Below are positions 50,371 through 62,969 of a DNA stretch of 64,000 nt, piece by piece. The stretch's first letter is position 1. Each line of letters opens with the position of its first letter. Under the pieces are notes generated by a model. The model had not been told where the DNA came from. It saw only the letters and a list, made by a program, of their open reading frames with translations, and ran no database searches. This DNA is from Phaeosaccion multiseriatum (taxonomy: Eukaryota; Protista; Ochrophyta, other classes). A program made the position numbers and the translations under genes. Where the stretch lies: NCBI GenBank assembly GCA_965112735.1, contig OZ218956.1, positions 1,364,001-1,428,000 of the forward strand, written 5' to 3'.

Positions 50371-52292
50371 TCAGAGCACCGCCACACCGCTGCCCGCTGC
50401 CGCCGCTTGCAGCAAGTGAGGCGGAGGAGGGGTGCTGGGGGGACCGGGGAGGAGGAGATGCGCCATCTGTGAAGATGACGTCAGCGGAGGCTCATCACCA
50501 CCGTCAGCAGCAGCAGCGTGGTTGGGCTGACGCGGGGCGGGAGTTCTCCCCCCCCCATCCTCGCCATCGCTGCTGCTGCGTCTACTCCTGCGGCTGCCAC
50601 CACCCTTCATGCTGCCGATGCTGCCGCTGTCCCTACTACTACGGACGTACCCCCCGCTACTTCTTGGGCGAGGCTTGTTACCCTTACCGCCGCCGCTGCT
50701 GCTGCTTCTGCTTCTGCTGTTGGTGCTGCCTCTTGGTTCCACTGCGTTCCCTCTCTTCTTTGTGCTCTTGCTGCTGCTACTGTTGCCTTGTTGAACACCT
50801 TCGGATCCGTCGCGCCCACCTCCTTCCCCCCCTCTTCTGCGGCCCCCTCTCGCCACGACAAACCTGTCTCGGCAGGCCTGCTCCGCCTCTTCCTCCTCAT
50901 CCTCCTCCTCCTCCTCCTCCTCCTCCTCCTCCTCCTCCTCCTCCTCCTCCTCCTCCTCCTCCTCCTCCTCCTCCTCCTCCTCCTCCTCCTCCTCCTCCTC
51001 CTCCTCCTCCTCCTCCTCCTCCTCCTCCTCCTCCTCCTCCTCGCCTCTGTCCTCTGAGCTTGTGAAAGCTGATTGGGTGGTGAGTGACGTGTGTCCGCTG
51101 CTGGTGGAGCTCCCCGGGGCCCTGAGGCTGCTTCGCCCCCCCGCCGCAAAGTCGGAGGAAGAGAAGCTGTGTGTACTGCCGCTGTTCCCCCTCTGCTTGT
51201 CACGCCGTCCACCTCTGCTGCCTCGGTTTCCTCTCGCTCGATGTAGGTCCGGCGGAAGCGTGTAGTGCTGTGAAGGGCAGGCAAAGACAGCAGTAGGATA
51301 GAGCAGCCGAGGACAAGGAGGAATGGGGCGCGAAGTAAGGAGGCAAATGCGTTGAGTCCTTGCGTGTGCTGTCTTCCGCATTGAGTGTAAAGCACAAGTT
51401 CACAAATCTCACCTCATCGTCATCCTCATCCGCCTTGTCGCCATCGTCCGCGTCACTGTCGCTACTAACCAAGCGCGACGCGTCTCCCTTCCCGCGGTAC
51501 ATCGACTCGGCAAGCATGCGCTCGCCCATCGCCGAGGGAGAAGAGGCAAACGACCCCTGCTGTTGCGTCGCCATACTGTGGTGCTTAGGGCTGGGCTTAC
51601 GGCTGCTGCTGGCTCTACTGCTGCTGCTACTGTTGCTGTTCCTCCTCCTGCTATCCCCCTCATTATACGAGTAAGACCGTTGCATTTCTCCGCCTTCCCA
51701 TCCGCCCACGCCCGGCATGCTGCTGCTACTGCTGCGGCTACTTCTTCTTCTCACACTGCTGCTTCCGACAGAGGCCAAGCTTCGCCGAAGGCTTCCTTGT
51801 TGGTGCGTCGACAAGTACTGCTGCATTTGAGGCGCCTGCTGATCTTGTGCCTCATGGTGGTGACCCCTCACTTCGCTGCCACCTACGGAGTAAGAACCGA
51901 CTCCGTACATGCCGGTGCTGCTGCTGCTGCTGTAGCCGCTACTCCCGCTGCTGCTAATACTGCCCTCGCCATCGCTATTGTCGCTACTGGACGTGGGTCT
52001 CCTCTCTCGCCGAAAGTTGAGCCCGTCGTCCCCCCGGGAAAAGAGTGTGCCTCGCTTCGGACTATACGCGAGGTCTGTGTGGGTACTGCTCGTATACACA
52101 AGGTGCTCGTCCTCGATGTGGAGGTGCGGCTCTGCTCCCTGCTGGTACTGCTGCTGCTGCTGCTGCTGCTCCTGGTGGTGATACTGATGCGTGGCAGTGT
52201 CCCCCTGTTGGCGTAACGGCCCTGCGAAGCCCTGATGATCGTAGTCATAAACATGCTGCTCTACTGCCTGCACGACCCCCTGCTGCAGGTGT

Positions 52293-52342
<50 letters not shown>

Positions 52343-52603
52343 TACCATCACCTCGCGTGCCCCAATGAGACTGTCATGGTAGCTGGTGCCCGAGCTCGGC
52401 GCAACCGCGTTTTCGCTATACATTGCATCGTTGGATAGTCCCAACGGATCTGGTGTATCACATAGTTGTTGCTGCTGCTGCTGCTGCTCATCTTGATGAT
52501 AGTGATGCTGCGGGGACATTTGGGTGGCGTGTTGCTGTCTAATCTGGCTGCGGGGGGGGGAGAGCATTGCTTGCGGGGGCAGTTGCAAGTACTCCGACTG
52601 CTC

Positions 52604-52648
<45 letters not shown>

Positions 52649-53645
52649 GGTGTAGTAAGGCTGCGGGTGAGGCTGGTGCTGGTGATACACGCCGCCGATG
52701 GGCTGCTGATGGTCGTACATATGCGGGGAGGGGACCGCATTGCTACTTCCCTCATTTCCGGTGTTGCTACTCATCGAGCCGCTGTGCTCACTCCCACGGA
52801 AGCCCGGGGGAAGAATCTGGAGCCCTTCCGCCTCCACGAGGATCGCGTACAGCCACACACTAAAGCAGCTGGCAATCACCACGGCAGCCATGAGAGGGGG
52901 ACAGCACACCACCTTTGCTAGGTATCCTCCTCCCTGGGGATGAATGACACTACCGCCGATCACGGCGTTGAGGCGAAGGCTAATGCATCCGAGGACAAAG
53001 ACAAAGGACCCCAGAAAGACAGGCCCGTAGTAGTGCAGGCGGTTCAGTTTGCAGGCGTAGTGGAGAGGAGCGAGCTCGCCCACCATGCAATCAAACCGCT
53101 GCTGCTTCTGCTGTTGCTGTTGCCGCCACCTTGTTCCCTCCTCATGGCATTGCCAGAAGCGCCACACCAGCAACAAGAAGGCCAGTAAGGAGGCGGAAGA
53201 GCTACTCCAGAAGTAAGGGGGGGGGTGATGGGGACGAGGACGGAGCAAGGAAGCCACCCCGTCCACGCCGACACAGTGCTGCTCCGCGTAGTGCCCCAGG
53301 GTGGTGACCAGGCAGATCATGGCCAGCGCGTGGGCCAGGCTACTCACAGTCACATCTCCCCTCCGCACGTAATATAGAGCGGTTCCTAGTCCCACCAACA
53401 GGCTGATATCGATTACGCTGGTGAGATCCTCCAGCAGCACCTGATGTGAGAGAAGGGACAACAGGGTTTGGGAATGGGGGTCGTAAGCTGTCTTCGATGA
53501 TATGTGAAAAGCGCGTTCAATAACACGCCCGCTGCAGCTGTGGCCTTGGGCTGAACATGAGGTCTATCAACAGAAATAGCTGCCGGTTTCTTCCCCTTTC
53601 ACCCGCCTTCTCTCTTACCCGCGGCTGCTGATCCATGATCTCCAT
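50371..53645 (-). CDS. Unknown protein: N-terminal multi-TM region with a long Gln/Ser/Glu-rich tail, about 3 exons
   Basis: Micro-exon MEIMDQQPR|gtaaga (53645-53619), acceptor catcag| near 53440, 753-codon open frame with about 5 hydrophobic helices, donor GAG|GTGAGA near 51411, and a last exon with poly-Glu. Confidence 0.6.
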
Positions 53646-53978
53646 AATTATCCCAGATCCCTTCTATACAAGGAAGGAAGTCCCCATTATAGCGAAGATC
53701 ACTACAGCTCTATGTTTGCAAGCCCAGCATAAGGAACCATTTCGTCGCGCCGGTCCTCCTGTGCTTCTCTCCTCTTCTCCTCTCCTCTTCTCCCTCTTCT
53801 GCTTGTCTCCTTCTGCTACTGCTTCTGCTTCTGCTGCTCCTGCTGCTTCTGCTGCTTCTTCTGCTGCTGGGCGGTCCGTGTTACTTAATGCTGCTACTGG
53901 TGTGCTGTGTGAGGAGCAGGATTTCTGTAACGATTTTTCAGTAAGATAACGGAAGGGAGTTTATGTAGACGGCGGACT

Positions 53979-55642
53979 ATGGAAAGTATGGAGCAGCAGC
54001 AACAGCCGCAGCAACCACATGAGGATGAATACCCTTATGAGGAGGAACAGCAGCGCTTGGGTACGTCGGGGCCTAGCGGGGTAACAAGAGGCACCATGGA
54101 GACCCACAAGACTCAGGAGTCGCAGCAGGGGGAGGCATCCCAGCTCTCGGCGCACATTGGCTTTCCTCAAATAGATACACCGCTACGCCTGCAGCCTCCC
54201 TCAACGATTAATGCGCCGGAGAGGACCGATGTAATGTCAAGAGACGCCCAAATAAGAGCCTCTGCGTTTTCTCCTTCCTCTTTTTCGCTTCGGGCGGTCG
54301 AGTTGGCGGCACTGGCTTCGGAGCAAGATGAGCAGGGAGCAATAGGGGACTCTCTTGAGGGTGGAAGACGTCCAGGTCCAACCCCGGCTGCCGTGGCCAA
54401 GCTGCGCCGCATGCGAACACTCCGACAGCAGGAGATTTCCGTTTTCAAGTCCCACTCGGAGCACCAAGCGCCGTCTCGGACAGCCATGAGCGACTTTAAC
54501 ATGCTCGCGTTCAGCAGTCAGAGAGCAGGGCGGGACCAAATGGAGGGGCTGGCCCACTTATCCATGGGAGTAGTACTGGACAATGTCGGTCAGTACCCCA
54601 AGGCCCTCGAGAGCTACCGCAAGTTTCTAGCAGTGTGCCGGCGCACAAACGACGTCACCGCCGAGGCGCTGTGCCTCAACTGCATGGGGGTGGATTGTAT
54701 GTTCATCGCTTGGCCGCCGGGATCAGCCAGCCTGACGTATGACGCCGACCCCGCTGCGACGGGCCCATCATCATCGTCCTCACCACAGTCCAACGAGCAC
54801 CAGCAGGAGGAGGACGGTGGGGCCGGCAATAGCAACGTCAAGGCGTTGCTCAGGGCTGTCGACTACCACGAGGCCCACCTGCAGCTGGCCGACGACGGGG
54901 GGCAGTGCGTGGCCCACTGCAACCTCGGGCTGTGCTTCAGCCTGCTCAAGGACTACGACTCCTCTGCGGCGCACTACCAAAACGCCCTCAAGATCGCTCT
55001 CGATATGCAGGTATGTATGACATCTATGCCCAGGTGGTGGAGAGGGAGAGGGAGAGGGAGAGCGCGGGCCACGTGATGAGATGGGTGGGTTTGGCTTGCT
55101 TGCCTTCCTATCTGTGCGCAGGTGGTGAAGAGGGACTGGGAGAGGAGGGAGCGTGTGTGTGTGAGAGAAAGAGCGGTTCTGATGTGCTGGGTGTCATCCT
55201 AACACGAAGGCGACCAGCGTCTTCTCCCTCCTTACGAATTTGACCATCTGTCCATCAATGTGTATTCATTCTATTCTACAACCAGAGCATCGGTGGGCAG
55301 AGCCTCGCAGTGGGCAACCTCGGGCTCCTCGCCAAGAAGCAGGGCGACTCGCGAACGGCCAAAGCCTGTTTCGAACAGCACCTCCAGCTGGTACAGACGC
55401 TGAAGAACAAAGACGCAGAGGGAAACGCCCTGACGGAGCTGGGCCTGCTGGCGGACTTGGAGCATGACTACGAGGCAAGCCTGGGCTACTACCAGAGCGC
55501 AGCTGCCATTGCCAAGGACGCCGGCCAGAGCTCCACACTCAAGCGGCTGCTGGCCAACATGGGCCGCGCGAAGGGCAAGCTGGGCATGGAGCAGCACTTC
55601 AAGGGCCTCGCTGAGGAAGCAGCAGCGCGGGCAGGAGGGTAA
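53979..55642 (+). CDS. TPR-repeat protein, exons 53979-55010 and 55286-55642
   Basis: TPR motifs: AHLSMGVVLDNVGQYPKALESY, AHCNLGLCFSLLKDYDSSAAHY, AVGNLGLLAKKQGD and ALTELGLLADLEHDYEASLGYY. Phase-0 intron. Confidence 0.85.
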
Positions 55643-55892
55643 AAAAAATAAAAAGTTCCTGAAAAGTTCCCACTTAAATCGCTGACTTACTAGGCCCTGA
55701 GGTGTTTGGGCTTTTGACACGTACCCTCCTCTGATATCCTCCTCTCCCTACCGTCCACACGCTTAGCGTAGCTCAACAGCAAGTAGCATAGCCAGAAATA
55801 GTAGCTGTAGCAGCAGTACCGCCACCAGTGCGAGCGCATCTCCAGCTAAGCGATAGTTTGAAAGAGTTGGCGGGTGGTGAATCAGAGGAGCG

Positions 55893-58036
55893 ATGAAGGC
55901 CGGTCACTCCCCAACCGTGCACTTGCTGCTCCTTGCCCTCCTGCACGGAAGCCTCACCCAATTAGCAGACGCCTCCACCATCTTCCCGGCGTCAGTTCTG
56001 AGGACGTGTGTCCACAAGATGCACAGTAGAGGCATGCCTTCGAGCACGCCAAGCGAGAGCAGCAGCCGCGGTAGCAGCAGAGACGAGAGCTTGTATTGGC
56101 TTCTGAACTCTGCCGACGATGATGATATTGATGGTGTGGAGGCGAGCTGGGAGGAGGGGCACATCGACGACGACGAGGCTGCTGCTGGCCCATGGAGCCG
56201 CGAAGTAAGTGCGGTGTGAGAAGGAAGAGCGCCTGTCAATGCAATGGAGGGAGGAGGCCGTGTGTATGGGCACTTTTCTGCTGTTCTGATACGCAAAGCC
56301 GCTGCAGGGGTGCGAAAACAGGCGCGGCAATTGCTGCAGCATCCCTGTTTCTTTCGGCTCTCCCCACCCTCAACCGATGTATCTTCCTCCCCTGGTCTCC
56401 CCCGTCCAGGCGACCGAGCTGGTCTACCGCCGACGGAAAGGAGAGAAGAGCGACCCCACGCTCCGTCTCACGCAGGTCAGACTAAGGCGATGAACACGAT
56501 TTCTCTCTCTCTCTCTCTCTCTCTCTCGTTCTCTGTCTGTCTGCTTGTCCTTCGGTTCTCTCATGTCATCGCTCTCTCTCCCATATCATCTCGACAACAA
56601 CAGGGCATGAGCATGCGGGGCCTGCGACAAAGGGTCGACCGAAGTCCCGCCGCTGCCGCCGCCGCTGCCGCTCGTGCTGGCGTCGTTGCCCCCCCCAGGG
56701 ACAGGCACATGGAGGAGGTGGACATGGCCAACGAAGCTGCGCTGGAGCATGTCATGGAAGTCGTAGGATCGGACGGGTGGGAGCCGGTGGCCAAGACTGA
56801 TGGCGTCACCGTGGTCAAGAAAAGGGCCAAGCGAGGAGGTGCGTGTGTGCGTTTGTTGTTGTCGCTGCGGGCGAAGCCTGGGGGGGAGAGGCAGGCCGAG
56901 CAGCTCTCGTCGTTCTCTTTTTGTCTATCTCTCCCCCACTCTCTCTTTTTTACAATGTCTTCCTATCTCACGACTCCATTCTCGCTTCTGCCACTGCAAT
57001 ACAAATCGCACCCCCACCCTACGACCATGACCATGACCAGGGAGGGGAGGAGGCGATGAGGAAAAGGCCCTCGAGCTCATGGTTAGAGGAGGTGGGAGCG
57101 GCGACGCCCTTGACGGAGGCATGGCAATTGGTGGTACGGATTACAGCGGCTTGGACAGCGGAATTGTCGCCAACGGTGATGAAGGCAGTAGCACCTCAGT
57201 AGGAGGAGCAAGTCGCGGTGTGGTGGACCCTGCCAAGGCCGCCAAATTCGACATTATCATGGCCTATGGCACGCTCAACGCGAGGGCGGAGGACCTGTTC
57301 GAGCTCTTCAAGGGCAACGACCGCGTACAGGAGTACAACGACAACTGTAAGGAAGTCAGGGATCTTCATGTGTATGATGAGAAAACCAAGGTGGGTGAGA
57401 GGCGTATGATGAGAGAGAGGCTTTGAGAAACGGGGGATGGGGGGAGGGGAGGGGAGGTGTGAGAGAGGGGAAGAGGGGAGAGAGACATGGGAGAACGAGA
57501 AGGGAAGAGGTGAAGAGGATGATAAGGTGATGCGTATATATATATATATGCACGTTGTATATATTGGTCCTCCTCTCCGCGAGGTGTTCCCTCTGCGCCT
57601 TTGTTGCTCCCATTTGGCTCTCACCTCGAAGGCTTCTTGTTGTTGTTCTTGTTTTACGCAGATATCATGGGCATGCACCCCTCGCTACGGCCCCTTTAAG
57701 GCCAGAGACTTTGTGACAGTCGTCAACTATCAGCGACTCGAAGACGGCACGCTCGTCGTCGTCAACAGACCTGTTGACCACCCCGCGGCGCCACGAGGGA
57801 GCAAAAAGTACCAAAGGGCCGAGATCCTCATCGCCTCCAACATTATGCGACCGAACCCCCACGACAGCTCAAAGACCGACTTTACGGTCATCTCCCACAT
57901 CAACCCAGGAGGAATCGTGGACAATAAGCTGGGGGCGAAGATTGCCAACAAGCTGTCTGCCTCCGCCCCAGTGGCCCTGCTCAAGGCTCTGGAGGCAGCA
58001 GCCAACAGAGCCCCGCCGTCAACGCCCCAGCCATGA
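55893..58036 (+). CDS. START-domain (lipid-binding) protein with a hydrophobic N-terminal leader, about 4 exons
   Basis: DGWEPVAKTDGVTVVKK, RVQEYNDNC and GPFKARDFVTVV...GTLVVVNRPVDHPAAP...YQRAEI...SKTDFTVISHINPGG. The leader VHLLLLALLHGSL resembles a signal peptide. Confidence 0.85.
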
Positions 58037-59417
58037 AGGGGAAGAACAAGGGCAAGGGCAAGGGCAAGATCAACATGATGAGGTGAAGGCGTGAGGGTGT
58101 CAAGTCGAGAACGGAAGGAGGGGGAGGGGGGGGGGCGTACTTTGGTCTCCCACCCACCTACCCACCCTCCCCCCCCCCTTGAGGAGGGAGGAGCTGCTGT
58201 TGATGCTAACCAATGGGTTTTGGCGAGACGAAAGTTTGGCCTGGGTCAACTCTCTGTACCTACTATGGGCACACCGAAAGAACCGACGAGAGAGGGAGGG
58301 GATGGGCCGTTGCGGAACCTGTCTCTTTCAGTCCTTGTCTGTTTCAGCCGGCGTAGACGGGACCGACTGTCGCACAGGCATAATTTGGCTGCCAAGAGGA
58401 TAAAACACTCGTCCCTCTCTATCTGCAAGCTGTGGGAGCTTATCATTCTCCCCGGCACTGCGCGAAAAGGGAAAGCGGGAAGGGGCAGCGGCAGGAGCAG
58501 CACGAGCAGCAGGAAGAGGATGACGAGGAGTGGAAGCAGTAGAGGAGGAGAGGAGGGAGCTCAGCGGTACTGCAATGAGGCGGCGGTAGAGCCTTGGTCT
58601 TGGCCTTGGCAACCCCCCTCCACCACCACCACGGAAGGATGACACGTGAGACAGCAGCAGGCTCCCCTTGCCCCCTGAGCGAAGAAAGGAGGAGACGGGA
58701 GGGACTCAACCAGTCTCAGCCGGGCGGGATGGGAGAGGGTTGAGGCTCCGATTCCGTCTACCCCTCCCACCTTACTCCGTCCGCCTCATGCCATGGAGGC
58801 ATCTCATCTCTCGCCCTCCCTCCAGCGCTGTGGTGTGCAAGGTCTGCCGTTTACGTGTGTATGGAGCACAGCACAGACAAGGGGAGTGTGGGGGAGGTGT
58901 GCTGTCCTCCCTTCAAAGAGTCGTCTGCGCCCCTTCGCAAGGGAGGGAGGGAGGCCCACTACCTCTCAGTCAGACCTTTTGCTGCTAGCGAGCTGTTCGG
59001 AGGGACGCGCAAGGGGAAGTGGAAAGTAGCATCTTTTCCAAGAAGCTTTTTTAATATATAAAAAGGCGCTGTATATATATTTATATATGTATATGGAAAT
59101 GTATAGGGTTGTACGGCCTTGTGTGTCTCCGAGTGTCTTCGTTGAGGCATGAGAGCACTGTAGGCGTGATTTCCCTGACACCCGTAAAACACCTCTACCT
59201 TACGTTTCCTGGTGATGGAAGGGATTCAGCCCTCCGCATTCTCGACTTGGAGAGCAGAAGGAATGGCGGCCTTGCCGGTCGGATCCGAGGCTGCCGGCGA
59301 AACTCCATTACCTTCCTTTCCATGCCGCTCAACGTTGACGACAGCCTTTTCGTGCAAGCCATCAACAAAGTACCTTGGAGGCAGACTGGGGGGCCCGGTC
59401 CGGCACGGGTCTTTTAT

Positions 59418-61769
59418 CTATTCCTCTCCAGCAAGACAAGTGCCCTTCTTGTGCTCTCCTGCATTGCCACAAGCACCAATCGCAGAGCTGTACGTGATGA
59501 CATTGGGTTGAAGCCCTTCCCTCCTCATCTCCTTCAGCAAGTCAAGCGCCTTCTCGTGCTCTCCTGCGTTGCCAAAAGCAGAAATTGCAGAGCTGTATGT
59601 GATGACATTGGGCTGAAGCCCTTCCCTCCTCATCTCCTCCAACAAGTCAAGCGCCTGCTCGTGCTCTCCTGCCTTGCCACAAGCAGAAATCGCAGAGCTG
59701 TACGTGATGACATTGGGTTCAAGACATTCCCTCCGCATCTCCTTCAGCAAGTCAAGCGCCTTCTCGTGCTCTGCTGCCTTGGCGCAAGCAGAAATCGCAG
59801 AATTGTATGAGACTTCATTGGGTCGAAGCCCTTCCCTCCGCATTTCCTGTAGCAAGTCTAGCGCCTTCTCGTGCTCTCCTGCGTTGCCACAAGCAGACAT
59901 CGCAGAGCTGTACGTGATGACATTGGGTTGAAGCTCTTTCTTCCGCATCTCCTTCAGCAAGTCAAGTGCCTTCTCGTGCTCTCCTGCCTTGGCGCAAGCA
60001 GAAATCGCAGAATTGTATGAGACTTCATCGGGTTGAAGCCCTTCCCTCCGCATCTCCTTCAGCAATTCAAGCGCCTTTCCGTGCTCTCCGGCATTGCCAC
60101 AAGCAGAAATTGCAGAGCTGTACGTGATAACATCGGGTTGAAGGCCTTCCCTCCTCATCTCCTTCAGCACTTCAAGCGCCTTTTCGTGCTCTCCTGCCTT
60201 GGCGCAACCAGAAATAGCAGAGCTGTACGTGATGACGTCGGCCTGAAGCCCTTCCCTCTGCATCTCCTCCAGCAAGTCAAGTGCCTTCTCGTGATCTCCT
60301 GCCTTGCCACAAGCACCAATCGCAGAGTTATACGTGATGACATTAGGTTGAACACCCTCTTTCTGCATCTCCTCCAGCAAGTTCAGCGCCTTCGCGTGCT
60401 CTCCTGCACTGCCACAAGCAGCAATCGCAGAATTGTACGAGACGTCGTTGGGTTGAAACCCTTCCCTCTGCATCTCCTCCAGCAAGTCAAGCGCCTTCTC
60501 ATGCTCTCCTGCCTTCCCACAAGCACAAATCGCAGAGTTGTACGTGATGCCATCGGGTTGTATGCCTTCTTCTCTCATCTCCTCCAGCAAGTCAGGCGCC
60601 TTCTCGTGCACTCCTGCCTTGGCGCAAGCAGATATCGCAGAATTGTACGAGACGACATCAGGTTGAAGGCCTTCCCTCCGCATCTCCTCCAACAAGTCAA
60701 GCGCCTTCTCGTGCTCTCCTACATTGCCACAAGCAGAAATCGCGGAGCTGTACGCAAAGATATTGGGTTGAAGCCCTTCTCTCCGCATCTCCTTCAGCAA
60801 GTCAAGCGCCTTCTCATGCTCTCCTGCTTTGCCACAAGCAGAAATTGCAGAGCTGTACGAAACTTCATTGGGTTGAAGCCCTTCCCTCCGCATCTCCTCA
60901 AGCAAGGCAATCGCCTTCTCGTGCTCTCCGGCATTGCTGCAACCATCAATCGCAGAGCTGTACGAGAATCCGTCAGGTTGAAGGCCCTCCCTGCGCATCT
61001 CCTCCAGCAAGCCAAGGGCCTTCACGAGCTCTCCTTCCTTGGCACATGCATCAATTGCAGAATTATACGAGAATTCATTGGGTTTAAGCCCTTCCTTGCT
61101 CATTTCCTTCAGCAAGTCAAGCGCCTTCTCGTGCTCTCCCGCATTTCCACAAGCAGATATCGCAGAACTGTACGAGATGACATTGGGCTGAAGCTCTTCC
61201 CTGCGCATCTCCTCCAGCAAGGCAAGCGCTTTCTCGTGCTCTCCTGCCTTACCACAAGCAGAAATCGCAGAGTTGTACGTGATGACATTGGGTTTGAGGC
61301 CGCTTGCTTTCGTCTCATCGAGCAGAGCAAGCGCACCCTTCCATCTCCCTGCCTTACCCACCGCAGTAATGGCCGCGCTAAAGATGATGACGTTCATTTG
61401 AACCCCCTCTGCGTTCGCCCCTTCAAGCGCTCTGGCCACCCCTCTCCAGTCCCGCATATTTCCAAGTCTCTGGATCTCTTTGGTCAATGCTATTTGCTTC
61501 TGTCGTTCTGTGCTTGTACCATCTCGTCGCTGCCGCGTCTTCATCAGATTACCCCGGGTTCCAAGGAGGCGGGGCGAGTGAGTCGCCGATCGCCGCCCAG
61601 CATGCACATGCTGGGCGGTGAGGCCAGGGTGCGCAGGTGAAGAGGTGGAGGGAGCAGAGGCCCATCCTCCCCACGAGTGTGCGAAAGCAGAAGCAGCAGG
61701 AGGAGCACCGTCTCCACCAGCAACTCCTCCTGCTGGGGAAATGAAGCCCGCCACGGTTTTGTCCGTCAT
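59418..61769 (-). CDS. Intronless P-type pentatricopeptide-repeat protein, 18 complete near-identical repeats plus a truncated 19th
   Basis: 35-aa repeats with consensus VITYSSAISACGKAGEHEKALDLLEEMRREGLQPN. First in-frame ATG at 61769. Confidence 0.95.
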   Translation of the reverse strand: MTDKTVAGFISPAGGVAGGDGAPPAASAFAHSWGGWASAPSTSSPAHPGLTAQHVHAGRRSATHSPRLLGTRGNLMKTRQRRDGTSTERQKQIALTKEIQRLGNMRDWRGVARALEGANAEGVQMNVIIFSAAITAVGKAGRWKGALALLDETKASGLKPNVITYNSAISACGKAGEHEKALALLEEMRREELQPNVISYSSAISACGNAGEHEKALDLLKEMSKEGLKPNEFSYNSAIDACAKEGELVKALGLLEEMRREGLQPDGFSYSSAIDGCSNAGEHEKAIALLEEMRREGLQPNEVSYSSAISACGKAGEHEKALDLLKEMRREGLQPNIFAYSSAISACGNVGEHEKALDLLEEMRREGLQPDVVSYNSAISACAKAGVHEKAPDLLEEMREEGIQPDGITYNSAICACGKAGEHEKALDLLEEMQREGFQPNDVSYNSAIAACGSAGEHAKALNLLEEMQKEGVQPNVITYNSAIGACGKAGDHEKALDLLEEMQREGLQADVITYSSAISGCAKAGEHEKALEVLKEMRREGLQPDVITYSSAISACGNAGEHGKALELLKEMRREGLQPDEVSYNSAISACAKAGEHEKALDLLKEMRKKELQPNVITYSSAMSACGNAGEHEKALDLLQEMRREGLRPNEVSYNSAISACAKAAEHEKALDLLKEMRRECLEPNVITYSSAISACGKAGEHEQALDLLEEMRREGLQPNVITYSSAISAFGNAGEHEKALDLLKEMRREGLQPNVITYSSAIGACGNAGEHKKGTCLAGEE

Positions 61770-62024
61770 GCGATTATATTCCTTCCTGCGCAGGACTCCA
61801 CCTGAAGCCGGGGAGAGAGATGAGGGGACGAACGTGCTACTGCTGTCGAGTTCAGCCACGTTCTGGTGCTGTCGACCTCAGCACGATAGATCCTTTACTA
61901 CGTCGGGGACACACATGTAAGGGAGAAGGAGGAGAGAGAGAGGGGATTCCCCGCGTGTTGGTGCTCTCGAAACAGATTCACAGAGGGCGGAACTGGAAGC
62001 TTTTTTTATTATTAAGACACACAC

Positions 62025-62702
62025 ATACTTCCAGTGTCCAACGGTGATCGGGGCGTTCCAGATAAAAATGCTCACGTTCGCAGTGGAAACCCTTGCAGAG
62101 GCTGATTGGCCATCGGCCTTTTGCTCCGGTACGACGAGGTCTGGCATCTTCTAGATGCGGTTGCCAAGTGGTTGGTCCCAGTTCTGGGCGAAGACTGCTG
62201 GATCGAGCCCGATACAAACGTATCGTATGGGCTCTTTGGCTCGACACGCTGCGTGCTGCCAATGTTGTTGCCTCACCGTCGGCGGACTTGATGCGCACAG
62301 ACACGAAATGTCACCACCGCACCAACATTAGACTTAGAAGGTGGCTCGGTCCCGAGGTACAGTGGCAAGAACTTTGGCCACTCGCACCGCGATAGGCGTT
62401 ACGACCAATGCCATATTGCCGACACAGAGGAGTTTCGCTTTTGCAATGCCTGGATCCCCATCATCCCGTCCGGGGCAGCACTGGACAGCGTTGACCTTGG
62501 TTGCTACCGCTGGAGACGTGTGCGCGTGGGTACCATTAGCGATCCACTGGGGGAATCCTTGCCATAGGGTCTCGTTGAGGAGCCTCGCATGTCAATCGCT
62601 GCCACGTTTCGTCGTCAAGAGGCGCACCGATCTGCGTGACATCAGCGACATCACACCAACAAGCAACCACAGCACCGCTACAGTAGGCACCGACTCCGCC
62701 AT
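62025..62702 (-). pseudogene. Possible decayed type-II membrane glycosyltransferase-like gene
   Basis: Signal-anchor-like MAESVPTVAVLWLLVGVMSLM, then broken frames with LCRQYG, WPKFLPL, IGLDPAVFAQNWDQPL, PDLVV and NVSIFIWN. The order loosely resembles GT34 proteins. Several stops and frameshifts. Confidence 0.25.
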
Positions 62703-62969
62703 TGTAGCAGCGGGCCGAGTGCGATGTCGTGTAGTGAGATTGGCGAGGTGGCGCTCTCTCGCAGACTCAGTTTTGTAGCAAAAGGCCCTTCCCGGCTTCA
62801 GCCATTGGTACCCTGGGGGTTTCCGGGTTGGTCTGTGCAGCGACTCGAGCAGGGATCTTCCGAGCTGCAAACTGCGAGGCTCGGCCTGAGACAGCTCCGC
62901 ATATTTTTTGTAATTAAAAAATTTAATTTGATTTTAAAGAGTAACTTTTAACGAGGACCCGTTTGCTCC

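Noticed and set aside
60033-61640. 535-aa + strand ORF
   Set aside because: Antisense shadow of the homogeneous PPR repeats.
61670-61700. ASAFAH in the PPR N-terminus as a plastid ASAFAP motif
   Set aside because: No hydrophobic signal peptide precedes it in frame, so targeting cannot be called.
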